This document shows, piece by piece, positions 1-8,077 of a stretch of DNA of 12,376 nucleotides. Position 1 is the first letter of the stretch. Each line of letters starts with the position of its first letter. The translations under genes and the position numbers were made by a program. The notes under the pieces are model-generated. The model was not told where the DNA came from and ran no database searches. It was given only the letters and a program-made list of their open reading frames with translations. The DNA is from Verrucomicrobiota bacterium. Its GTDB lineage: Bacteria > Verrucomicrobiota > Verrucomicrobiia > Verrucomicrobiales > DEV007. Location of the stretch: assembly GCA_045046875.1 (NCBI GenBank), contig JASFYY010000060.1, forward strand, positions 1 to 12,376, read 5' to 3'.

Positions 1-132
<132 letters not shown>

Positions 133-163
133 ATATCCCTCTACTGAATGATGAAAATCTTCT

Positions 164-193
164 AACCACTGATTAGCACCGATAAACACTGAT
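164..193. repeat. Left arm of a 30-bp imperfect inverted repeat, made of about three 10-bp units (CACTGATAAG-like)
   Basis: AACCACTGATTAGCACCGATAAACACTGAT is the reverse complement of 643-672 at 27 of 30 positions. Mismatched pairs are 174/662, 180/656 and 186/650. Confidence 0.92.
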
Positions 194-207
194 GGGGGGA
201 AGTGATT

Positions 208-555
208 ATGAGAATAACGAAGAGATCAATGCAGCTCGGCGTAATTCTAGCGGGAATAATTTCAATAATCCTAACGGTAAGCTCCTTCTATTCTGCCGAC
301 TCTCTAGTCTTCCTCGTGCCTTTTTTAGTGCTTTCATTATTGGGTTTCCGATTTTTTTGGAAACTCGTATACAATGTTAACCTCTCCGATTCTAGAACAT
401 TGCTATGTGACTGTGCGTTTTACTCCTTTGAAGTGCCTATGGAGAGAATACAATCAATCACAGTCAACGACAGTTATGATGATAATACACTTAGTATCCT
501 TACGATTGAAAAAAAATCAATGTATGGAAAGATCATAAAAAAACGAAACGCATAG
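208..555 (+). CDS. Small hypothetical membrane protein (two N-terminal TM helices plus a beta-rich soluble part); possibly frameshifted, with a true end at 623
   Basis: ATG at 208 follows a purine-rich GGGGGAAG, so it is preferred over GTG at 202. Hydrophobic segments are LGVILAGIISIILTVSSFY and LVFLVPFLVLSLLGFRFFW. The later segment FEVPMERIQSITV resembles bacterial PH-like domains (inference). Confidence 0.7.
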   Translation: MRITKRSMQLGVILAGIISIILTVSSFYSADSLVFLVPFLVLSLLGFRFFWKLVYNVNLSDSRTLLCDCAFYSFEVPMERIQSITVNDSYDDNTLSILTIEKKSMYGKIIKKRNA

Positions 556-623
556 TCTCCCAGATCACACAAAAAAATAAGAATATAAAAGTTTTTGATT
601 CCAAAAATTGGATACCCAAATGA
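510..623 (+). other. Out-of-frame (-1) probable C-terminal continuation of the 208 gene
   Basis: Frame 3 is open from the A8 run (509-516) to TGA 621-623 and reads KKINVWKDHKKTKRIVSQITQKNKNIKVFDSKNWIPK*. It ends 19 nt before the right repeat arm. Confidence 0.5.
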
Positions 624-642
624 TGAATCTTAATAAAAACAA

Positions 643-672
643 ATCAGTGCTTATCAGTGCTTATCAGTGGTT
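643..672. repeat. Right arm of the inverted repeat: tandem ATCAGTGCTT x2 plus ATCAGTGGTT
   Basis: A directly visible 10-bp tandem repeat that is complementary to 164-193. Confidence 0.92.
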
Positions 673-696
673 CTATTCTTCAATCTTGTCAAAACG

Positions 697-1668
697 ATGA
701 CCGAGGCCTTTCTCGCTCAACTACGGGAAGATTATTCTCCCCGGCGAAAGTATTTAATTGGTGTTTCGGGTGGGCGCGACTCAGTGGCGCTGCTGCATTT
801 CCTGCACGCAGCCGGATACAAAAAGCTGGTGATTTGCCACCTGAACCATGCCCTGCGCGGGCGGGCTTCAGGACAGGATGCGGCTTTTGTGAAACGTCTG
901 GCTCAAAAACTAAGTTATAACTGCGAGATACAAAAGGTTGATGTGAAGCGTCTCGCCAAGGAAGAAAAAATCTCGATCGAAGTGGCCGCACGCAAAGCCC
1001 GTCATCGTTTTTTTGCCAAAATCGCAAAAGCCCAACGCTGCCCGCGCTTGTTTCTTGCTCATCATGCCGATGACCAAGTGGAAACGGTATTGATCAATCT
1101 ATTTCGTGGCAGCGGCCTTCGTGGCATCGCCGGCATGCGCTCCAGTTCGGAACACACGGTCGACGGTGTGCGCTTGCAATTTCTGCGACCTTTTTTAACT
1201 CAGTGGCGTTCGCAAATAGACAACTACCTGCAGGAACAGGGCTTGGACTACCGTGAGGACGCGAGCAATGAATCTCACTTTGCTCTGCGCAACCGTATCC
1301 GCCACCGGCTGCTGCCCGAAGTGGAACAGGTGTTCGAACGTGATGTGAGAGCAGCGGTGAACCGTTTGTCCCATATGGCGGGCGCCGAAAGCGATGCGCT
1401 CGACGTTCTGCTCGAACGCGACTATCCCGGCCTCAGTCAACAAACACAATTGCCTGTAAAAACCCTGCGCTCACTGCCGGAGGCACTGCAAGGCCGGGTG
1501 CTCCGCGAATGGCTTAACCATCGAGGCATCAAAGGAACAGGTTACCGTGAAGTAGAAATGATCCGTCGCTTGATCCCTGTGGGCAGTGAAGTCGCAAAGA
1601 TCAATCTGCCCAACCATCAATATGCCCGCCGCCGTCAGGGTTTGATTTTCATTGATGGCCACAAGTGA
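697..1668 (+). CDS. tilS: tRNA(Ile)-lysidine synthetase, short form of about 323 aa
   Basis: PP-loop IGVSGGRDS plus HLNHALRG, EVAARKARHRF, AHHADDQVETVLINLFRGSG, RPFL, EDASN and RNRIRH. ATG at 697 is preferred because GTG at 667 lies inside the repeat arm. Confidence 0.95.
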   Translation: MTEAFLAQLREDYSPRRKYLIGVSGGRDSVALLHFLHAAGYKKLVICHLNHALRGRASGQDAAFVKRLAQKLSYNCEIQKVDVKRLAKEEKISIEVAARKARHRFFAKIAKAQRCPRLFLAHHADDQVETVLINLFRGSGLRGIAGMRSSSEHTVDGVRLQFLRPFLTQWRSQIDNYLQEQGLDYREDASNESHFALRNRIRHRLLPEVEQVFERDVRAAVNRLSHMAGAESDALDVLLERDYPGLSQQTQLPVKTLRSLPEALQGRVLREWLNHRGIKGTGYREVEMIRRLIPVGSEVAKINLPNHQYARRRQGLIFIDGHK

Positions 1669-1710
1669 TGAAATCCCAAAAAACAGTGAGTCGCTTCCTA
1701 CACAAAACCC

Positions 1711-3192
1711 TCAACGATACGGATTACCCGCTGCAAAAAGCGCCTGCACTTCCCCATCACTCATCGCACGACCAAGTAGCAGCAACTCATCCACACGGCC
1801 ACTGAGCTTGCGGTCATTCTGATCCCAGTTACCAATTTGCGCAGGGCCCAACTTTGCTGGATGCGCTATCACCTGATGCGTTTCGCTGTCAAACTTGCCA
1901 TTGAGATAAAATCGAACGTTATGTTTTTGCGCATCATAAACCGCCGCCAGATGCACCCAACGACCTTTCTCCGGCAACACGGAAGTTAACGAATCGGGAT
2001 GCCCTTCGTGTTCCCGGGAATCAGGGGGCAGGGTATTGCCAAACAAAGCCAGACGCATAGTGGTGTGTTTTGTCACCATCCAATGCACTTGCCCTGATTT
2101 GTTTTTACTCCAGCCATCGGTATGCAAAAGCGATTGGTAAGGCTCGCCAAGTCGATCGAGACGCACCCATGCCACCAAGGTAAGTTGCTGCCACGCCCGG
2201 TTGCCACCGACATCGAGTTTCATGTGATCATGCACATTCACAAACTCCGGGGCACGGGATCCCGGCCAGCGCCCCTGAACCATACGATAACTGCCTTGCG
2301 GCAGATCCTCACCATTTCCGTTTTCAAAATCAAGCAAGGCGATCAGTGCCGGATCCTGGCGTAATTTTGTCATCGCCGTATCCGAACGAGCTTGCTGCCC
2401 TGCGTCCAGTGCAGCGTGCAAGGAGGCCACTTCATTGGGACGAATGAAAGCTGAAGAACGTAATTCCCGCGACTGCCCCGCTCCCGAATGCAGGGAAAAA
2501 GCCTCGCCGTCCCGTAGGCTTTGTTTTTTGCCACCACTGGATTGAGCAATGACCTCGCCCTCGAAAACATGAATCTCAGCCTCACCTTCCAGCGGTGCGT
2601 CCACACCGAATTTGGTGCCCAGATCAACCGCCTCTCCCGTCGCCGTTACCACTGTAAAGCCCACCGCAGCCGGCGGCACGTCGGCGGCGATGCGACCATA
2701 TTGTAAATGCAGCCGTTGAGCGGATTCAAAACGGAAAGCCGCCGGCGCTTCGATAACCACCCGGGCACCACGTTGGGTGATCAATTCGAGTGAGCCGGTA
2801 GTGATCTCATAGCTCTTGCCACCAAGCCGGGCGCCATCGGCGAGCTCGGCCACACCCGCGCCTGACTGAACCCTGGCAAAAACCGATTGCTGCTGCCACC
2901 ACCAACCACCACCGAGAAACAACATCAAACACGCCGCCAACGCCAGCCACTGTGCTGGTGATGGAAAGTTGATAACCGGACCCGATGGCTGTGATCTATG
3001 GCCCGGCTCACTGCTTTCCAGATCCCAAGCCGCTGCGGCCGCACCCAGTGCTGAATCGAGGTTGAGTGAATCAGCGAATTTTTTGCGCGCTTCGCCATCA
3101 TCACGCAAACACGCATTCAAACGTCGCATCTCTTCAGCGGATATGGATCCATCCACATAGTTGTCGATCAGCTGTTCCAAATCTGCCTTCAT
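1711..3192 (-). CDS. FecR-family transmembrane anti-sigma factor with a C-terminal LamG/concanavalin-A-like lectin domain
   Basis: N-terminal anti-sigma helix LIDNYVDGSISAEEMRRLNACL, one TM helix WLALAACLMLFLGGGWWW, FecR motif GFTVVTATGEAVDLGTKFGV...HVFEGEV, and LamG motifs TLVAWVR, WVHLAAVYD...RFYLNG, IGNW and GRVDELLLLGRAMS. It overlaps the sigma gene by 4 bp (ATGA). Confidence 0.88.
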   Translation of the reverse strand: MKADLEQLIDNYVDGSISAEEMRRLNACLRDDGEARKKFADSLNLDSALGAAAAAWDLESSEPGHRSQPSGPVINFPSPAQWLALAACLMLFLGGGWWWQQQSVFARVQSGAGVAELADGARLGGKSYEITTGSLELITQRGARVVIEAPAAFRFESAQRLHLQYGRIAADVPPAAVGFTVVTATGEAVDLGTKFGVDAPLEGEAEIHVFEGEVIAQSSGGKKQSLRDGEAFSLHSGAGQSRELRSSAFIRPNEVASLHAALDAGQQARSDTAMTKLRQDPALIALLDFENGNGEDLPQGSYRMVQGRWPGSRAPEFVNVHDHMKLDVGGNRAWQQLTLVAWVRLDRLGEPYQSLLHTDGWSKNKSGQVHWMVTKHTTMRLALFGNTLPPDSREHEGHPDSLTSVLPEKGRWVHLAAVYDAQKHNVRFYLNGKFDSETHQVIAHPAKLGPAQIGNWDQNDRKLSGRVDELLLLGRAMSDGEVQALFAAGNPYR

Positions 3193-3722
3193 GATGAAAC
3201 CTCCCTGACGATTTCACTTTTGATGCATTTTAACAAACTTCGCCGCATGCGGTGCAACCACTGATAAAACCCCGTCACCGTGCGTCCACTGCTGCTCGCC
3301 ACTTCCTGGATCTGCGATTCGGGTTGATAGGCTCGCATCAATAAATCCCGCTGCTCGGGTGCTACTTTTTTCATGCAGACCTCCAAAGCCTCTCGCTGCT
3401 GCGCGAGGTGAACTTCATCTTTTGCTGTTTCATCGGCGAGCTTGCCAACCACATCTTCGTCGAGCACCAGGCGGTCACGCCCTTTGTCACGAAACCAAGC
3501 GAGCACTTCAAAACGCGCGACACCAAAGGCCCAGGGACGAAAATCGGCCCCCTCACGAAAATCACCAAATTTCTCCCACAGCACCACCGATACCTCCTGC
3601 ATCACATCATCCGCGTCAGCCCGGCTCGGCAGCAGGCGTCGGATGTAAGCACGCACGGCAGGTTCATGCGCGGTGAAACTGCGCAGGAACTGATGGTGAC
3701 GTTCGTTTTCTTCAGCAGTCAT
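3189..3722 (-). CDS. ECF sigma-70 factor (Planctomycete/Verrucomicrobia type)
   Basis: 177 aa. Region 2 motif DADDVMQEVSVVLWEKF...FRPWAFGVARFEVL and region 4 HTH IQEVASSSGRTVTGFYQWLHRMRRSLLKCI. Translationally coupled to the FecR gene. Confidence 0.93.
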   Translation of the reverse strand: MTAEENERHHQFLRSFTAHEPAVRAYIRRLLPSRADADDVMQEVSVVLWEKFGDFREGADFRPWAFGVARFEVLAWFRDKGRDRLVLDEDVVGKLADETAKDEVHLAQQREALEVCMKKVAPEQRDLLMRAYQPESQIQEVASSSGRTVTGFYQWLHRMRRSLLKCIKSEIVREVSS

Positions 3723-3729
3723 CTTTGCT

Positions 3730-5202
3730 TTACGCCAGCACCTGGTGAATCAGCTCTCCTTCCACATTGGTCAGGCGTCGTTCGAGGCCGTTGTGATAAA
3801 AAGTCAGCCGCTCATGATCGATGCCCAGCAAATGTAAAATCGTTGCATTAAAGTCGTAGAGACTGAGCACATTTTCCACCGCTTTTTGCCCCAGCTCATC
3901 GGTGACTCCATGGCTCACACCTGGTTTCACTCCGGCACCGGTCATCCAACAAGTGAAGCCATTGGGATTATGATCCCGACCTTTGGCTCCTTTTTGGAAA
4001 AAAGGCATGCGTCCGAACTCCGTGCACCACACCACCAAAGTCTCTTCCAAAAGTCCACGCTGCTTGAGATCCCGAATCAAGGCCGCCGCCGGTTGATCCA
4101 TGATCTCGGCATGGATATCATACTGCTCCTTGAGCTTGCTGTGCCCATCCCAATTCAACTTGCCGCCACTGGCGTAAGCTCCATTAAACAACTGCACAAA
4201 GCGCACCCCTTTTTCGATCAAACGACGTGACAAAATACAGTTACGCGCAAAAGCCGCTTTGTTCGGATTGGATTCATCATCGGCTCCGTAACTCTTCATG
4301 ATATGATCAGGTTCGGTGGACAAATCACTGATTTCCGGAACACTCAGTTGCATTCGTGCAGCTAACTCATAACTAGCGATGCGAGCGGCGAGTTTATTAT
4401 CGCCCGGGTTCCTGACTAAATGGCGTTCATTCGCACGCTGCAGAAACGCTCTGGTCGCCTGATCCGTTGAAAGCGAAACTCCCCCCGGTGTCTGCAGATG
4501 GCGAATCGGATTTTTAGCACTGAAGGGCGTGCCCTGGAACTCAGCTGGCAAAAACCCCGGACCCCAATTATTCACACTGGCCTGCGGAACCCCTCGCGGA
4601 TCGGGAATGGAAACAAAAGCCGGCACGTCCTGGTTCTCACTGCCCAGTGCGTAACTGACCCAGGCTCCCATGCTGGGAAAACCATCCTGGACAAAACCCG
4701 TGGAAAGAAAATTCTCCGCCGGCCCGTGGGTATTGGACTTGCTGGTCAGCGAATGAATAAAGGCAATATCATCGGTCAATTCTGCCAGATGAGGAACCAT
4801 CTCCGATACCATCTTGCCCGTCTGCCCACGCGGCTTGAATTCGTATTGCGGTCGAGCCAGATTACCCGCCGGCCCTTGGAAGGTCACCGTCGGCCCACCT
4901 TTCAACGGCTTGCCGTCTTGCTTGATCAACTCCGGTTTGTAGTCCCAGGTTTCCAGCTGGCTCACCGCCCCGGCACAAAAAATGACAATAACATTTTTAG
5001 CTTTGGCCGCTTGGTGACTCAGCCGCGGTGCGTAAGGCTGGGCCGGATCGATCTGCGGCCGTTCCTGCGCCAACAAACCGTCTTGTCCCAACATATTTGC
5101 CAACGCAATCGAACCCAACGCGGTACCTGACTGGGATAAAAAACTTCGCCGATCAAGAAATTGACGACCAACGGATGACAAATATTCGGCTTGGTGACTC
5201 AT
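3730..5202 (-). CDS. DUF1501 family protein (sulfatase/alkaline-phosphatase-like superfamily) with a Tat signal
   Basis: Tat motif DRRSFL followed by a hydrophobic stretch. Family motifs [70 protein letters not shown] and GRDHNP. ATG at 5202 overlaps the upstream stop (ATGA), so it is preferred to the 5244 start. Confidence 0.92.
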   Translation of the reverse strand: MSHQAEYLSSVGRQFLDRRSFLSQSGTALGSIALANMLGQDGLLAQERPQIDPAQPYAPRLSHQAAKAKNVIVIFCAGAVSQLETWDYKPELIKQDGKPLKGGPTVTFQGPAGNLARPQYEFKPRGQTGKMVSEMVPHLAELTDDIAFIHSLTSKSNTHGPAENFLSTGFVQDGFPSMGAWVSYALGSENQDVPAFVSIPDPRGVPQASVNNWGPGFLPAEFQGTPFSAKNPIRHLQTPGGVSLSTDQATRAFLQRANERHLVRNPGDNKLAARIASYELAARMQLSVPEISDLSTEPDHIMKSYGADDESNPNKAAFARNCILSRRLIEKGVRFVQLFNGAYASGGKLNWDGHSKLKEQYDIHAEIMDQPAAALIRDLKQRGLLEETLVVWCTEFGRMPFFQKGAKGRDHNPNGFTCWMTGAGVKPGVSHGVTDELGQKAVENVLSLYDFNATILHLLGIDHERLTFYHNGLERRLTNVEGELIHQVLA

Positions 5203-8000
5203 GGGATAAATATAAACTCGCTGCTGTTGTAAATAGCCCGGCACAGCGCGGGCAGGCCATTGCTCGATACCAATGCACTCGCGTCCTCCAGCTCGATAGC
5301 ATTAGCCTCGCGGCCGTAAGCCAGTTGATAAATACGCTGGATTTGCGATTTCAAATCACTACCAATTTCCGCTTCGATGCGCTTGGCAAAAGCTGCGGAT
5401 TCATCCATCGTAAAACGGCTGTTAAACAAGTTGAGTGCCTGCAAGGGCGTGGTGGACTGGCGACGGCGAGCCGAAGTCTGTCCCGCATCCGGGCAATCAA
5501 AGGCTCCAAACACCGCTTCACGCTCCATGCGAATCTTGTGAGCATAAATCATCCGCCGCCGCCCTTCATCCTGGTAAGATTCCACCGGAGGAAAGCCGCT
5601 CAAGCCCCCACGTGATTTGAACATGTCAAAACCCGAACCACCCATCTTCAAATTCAACCGACCGCTCACCGCCAGCATGGTATCACGGATGCTTTCACCC
5701 TCCACTCGCCGTGATGGAAAACGCCACAGCAAACGAACATCAGCGTCTTTGGCCTGAGCCGCCGCGCGAATTCCACTGCTCTGACCATAAGTCGATGACA
5801 GAATGATCATGCGATGCATCGCTTTGATCGACCAGCCAGATTCGATGAATTTGCGTGCCAGCCAATCAAGCAGCTCAGGGTGGGTGGGTTTCACCCCGGC
5901 ACGCCCAAAGTCATTGGAAGTCTCCACCAATCCGATCCCAAAATGCCCCTGCCAGATCCGGTTCACCATCACCCGCGCCGTCAGCACATTCCCCGGGCTT
6001 GCGACCCAGTCAGCTAATGCGGCTCGCCGTTGAGCGTCTGTCGAAGTTTTGGCTAATTCCAAATCCCCCAGAAAACGGATCACCGAGGGACTCACCTCCG
6101 CCTTTGGTTGTTCCGGATCACCGCGACGTAATAAAAACATCCCTTCCGGTTCGCCAAAGATACCTCCATAAACCAAGGCCTCGTTGTTGAGTTTTTTGAT
6201 CCGGGACTCCAACGCCTTTTTCTCTTTTTTCAAAGCCTTCGCCGCCCTTGTTTCCTCTGGGCTGAGGCCGAGCAAAGTGAACTCCGTAGGTTTCTTGATC
6301 TTGGCATTATATTTTTTACGGTCGCTCGAATCCGCCACCACCCGCCATTGACCGGATGTTCCCAGCACCTCGATAACATATTCAATCGCCAAACGGTCAT
6401 TAAATTTGCCCTCACGATCCCGCCCCCAGACAACACGGTCAATGTTATGCTCAGCGGCAAAATCGATCCGCACCCAGCCCCCGTCCTTTTGATTCGACAT
6501 CCAACTGTGGGCGTTCCCATAACGCCCGTCATTGACCTTTTCCAATCCGTGACGGTTAGCTACTATGATACTTCCCGACGCTGATGACTTCGCACCCGCG
6601 CTCTTAAGAGCCACATTCACTCCCGCAGTGTTGAACACTTCCAACTCATCGATGCACGGTTCAACATTATTGGTTTTTCTGGGATTATTACTTTTTTTGA
6701 TCGTGAAACGAATCGCTTTTGTCTTCACCGGAACAAAACGATCTTTATTGATCACTGGATTGATAGCAGGTCGCTGCGCACCTGTTTGAGCAATCGGGAC
6801 AAAAGCCGCCAGTTTTAAATCCATTCGAGTCGCTTGCTTTTTCAGTTTTGCGGCCTCCTTTCTCACCGCATCTGCTTCAGGTGACTTGATGGCGCGATCG
6901 CCATATTTCACTCCAGCAAAAAATGCCTGCATGGAGTAATAATCCTGAGCACTGATCGGATCAAATTTGTGATCATGACAACGCGCACAACCAATGCTAA
7001 GCCCTAAAAATGCCTCGCCCGTATTGATGACAATCTCACCCAGTTCATCCTGACGGGCCAAACGTTTCGAAGCGTCGTCTTTACCAATCTGACCCGGCAA
7101 TAACACAGCAGCCGTCACCAAAAAACCCGTGGCCGCATCCTTGCCCATGGTATCACCGGCGAGTTGCTCGCGAATAAACTGATCATAAGGCGTATCCTGA
7201 TTAAACGCCTCGATGACATAATCGCGGTAAGGCCAGGCATTGGTACGCGACGTATTAACCTCGAAGCCGTGAGTATCGGCGTAACGCACCACGTCCAACC
7301 AGTGCTGCGCCCAGCGTTCGCCATAACGCGGTGAAGCAAGTAGGCGATCCACCACCGCTTTATTGGCACGGGTGGATTTGTCATTCAAATAAGACTCCAT
7401 CTGTTGCGGGGTTGGCGGCAATCCGGTGAGATCAAAGGTTACTCGCCGCAACCAGGTTCTACGGTCAGCCGCCGCCGAGGGCTTCAGTCCCTCCTGCATC
7501 AATCTTGCTAAAATGAAAACATCCAAATCTCCACTTCCCCACGATTGATTTTTTATCACCGGCGGAAGCACCTGCTCTGGCAGTGGCTTGAAAGCCCAAT
7601 GATCGCGCGGATCCTCCAACTCAACCAAATCCACCCCGTCCGGCCACAGCGCGCCCTGATCGATCCACGCTTTCAAAATCGCAATCTCCCCTGCCGACAA
7701 AGCATCCCCCTCAGCCGGCATGCGTTCATCTACGTCAGCGGAAGTCACCAGATGAATCAACGGACTTTGCTCCGCTTTTCCCGCAATGATATCCGGCTGA
7801 TGGGTATCCCCCCCCTTTAGCGCCAGCTCCTTGATATCCAAACGCAGCTCGGACTTCTGTTTCTTCTCCCCGTGGCATTCGTAACAGTGCTTTTGAAAAA
7901 TGGGCCGCACATCACGGACAAAGTCCACCGGCGCTGCAACAAGCAGTGCAGGCAGGACTAAAAACAGAGCAAAAACAGCAATTCGGCAGAATAAAGTCAT
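5199..8000 (-). CDS. Planctomycete-type cytochrome c (PSCyt1) / DUF1549 (PSCyt2) / DUF1553 (PSD1) protein with an inserted F5/8-type-C-like domain
   Basis: Sec signal peptide. [19 protein letters not shown] (heme motif 1), [50 protein letters not shown] (heme motif 2), [27 protein letters not shown] and [10 protein letters not shown]. Confidence 0.93.
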   Translation of the reverse strand: MTLFCRIAVFALFLVLPALLVAAPVDFVRDVRPIFQKHCYECHGEKKQKSELRLDIKELALKGGDTHQPDIIAGKAEQSPLIHLVTSADVDERMPAEGDALSAGEIAILKAWIDQGALWPDGVDLVELEDPRDHWAFKPLPEQVLPPVIKNQSWGSGDLDVFILARLMQEGLKPSAAADRRTWLRRVTFDLTGLPPTPQQMESYLNDKSTRANKAVVDRLLASPRYGERWAQHWLDVVRYADTHGFEVNTSRTNAWPYRDYVIEAFNQDTPYDQFIREQLAGDTMGKDAATGFLVTAAVLLPGQIGKDDASKRLARQDELGEIVINTGEAFLGLSIGCARCHDHKFDPISAQDYYSMQAFFAGVKYGDRAIKSPEADAVRKEAAKLKKQATRMDLKLAAFVPIAQTGAQRPAINPVINKDRFVPVKTKAIRFTIKKSNNPRKTNNVEPCIDELEVFNTAGVNVALKSAGAKSSASGSIIVANRHGLEKVNDGRYGNAHSWMSNQKDGGWVRIDFAAEHNIDRVVWGRDREGKFNDRLAIEYVIEVLGTSGQWRVVADSSDRKKYNAKIKKPTEFTLLGLSPEETRAAKALKKEKKALESRIKKLNNEALVYGGIFGEPEGMFLLRRGDPEQPKAEVSPSVIRFLGDLELAKTSTDAQRRAALADWVASPGNVLTARVMVNRIWQGHFGIGLVETSNDFGRAGVKPTHPELLDWLARKFIESGWSIKAMHRMIILSSTYGQSSGIRAAAQAKDADVRLLWRFPSRRVEGESIRDTMLAVSGRLNLKMGGSGFDMFKSRGGLSGFPPVESYQDEGRRRMIYAHKIRMEREAVFGAFDCPDAGQTSARRRQSTTPLQALNLFNSRFTMDESAAFAKRIEAEIGSDLKSQIQRIYQLAYGREANAIELEDASALVSSNGLPALCRAIYNSSEFIFIP

Positions 8001-8009
8001 CTTCTACCT

Positions 8010-8050
8010 ATTAATCTCCACAAGTCGGAAAAATTTAACACACTTTTTTC
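8010..8050 (-). promoter_or_regulatory. Candidate ECF-type promoter for the cytochrome/DUF1501/sigma/FecR operon
   Basis: The minus strand reads GAAAAAAGTGTGTTAAA-N17-GATTAATAGGTAGAAG-ATG in the only sizeable gap (77 bp) before four tightly coupled genes. The motif assignment is inference. Confidence 0.3.
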
Positions 8051-8077
8051 AATTTTCTCGAATCCAGACTTTCCCCG

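Larger units (their letters stand above)
165..671. mobile_element. Putative non-autonomous, inverted-repeat-bounded cargo cassette (MITE/intervening-sequence-like) between serS and tilS
   Basis: The ends ACCACTGAT...ATCAGTGGT are perfectly inverted. TCTA lies directly on both sides (161-164 and 672-675). The interior is AT-rich (sampled 60-nt lines are 25-40% GC; the flanking genes look above 50%). One gene fills the interior and no transposase is present. Mobility is inferred. Confidence 0.55.

Noticed and set aside
164..193. Tandem repeats as a CRISPR array (also 643-672)
   Set aside because: The units are 10 bp, directly adjacent, without spacers, and the two clusters are inverted. No cas genes are present.
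192..380. 62-aa ORF overlapping the cassette gene
   Set aside because: It is an alternative frame of the better-supported membrane-protein ORF, starts inside the repeat arm and has no recognisable features.
147..631. Near-direct repeat AATGATGAA(AA)TCTT at 147-161 and 619-631
   Set aside because: It is short, gapped and AT-rich, and it is placed asymmetrically relative to the arms. A similar TGATGAAATC follows the tilS stop, so chance is plausible.
160..676. Integron attC/gene cassette, suggested by the TCTAAC...GTT ends
   Set aside because: The right end GTTCTAT does not fit GTTRRRY, the arms enclose the gene rather than forming a compact downstream site, and no integrase is present.
667..696. 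GTG start for tilS (and ORF 657-920)
   Set aside because: These GTG codons come from the ATCAGTG repeat units. ATG at 697 gives a normal TilS N-terminus.
1669..1710. Bidirectional terminator between the convergent tilS and FecR genes
   Set aside because: No GC-rich stem-loop is visible in the 42-bp gap.
4498..5615. Long plus-strand ORFs of 210 aa and 195 aa, and the other short ORFs overlapping the main genes
   Set aside because: They are antisense or alternative-frame shadows of well-supported genes and carry no recognisable motifs.
7808..7815. C8 tract (G8 on the coding strand) near the 5' end of the cytochrome gene as a phase-variation switch
   Set aside because: It is in frame and encodes the family-typical KGGD motif. 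The tract is short and there is no evidence of length variation.
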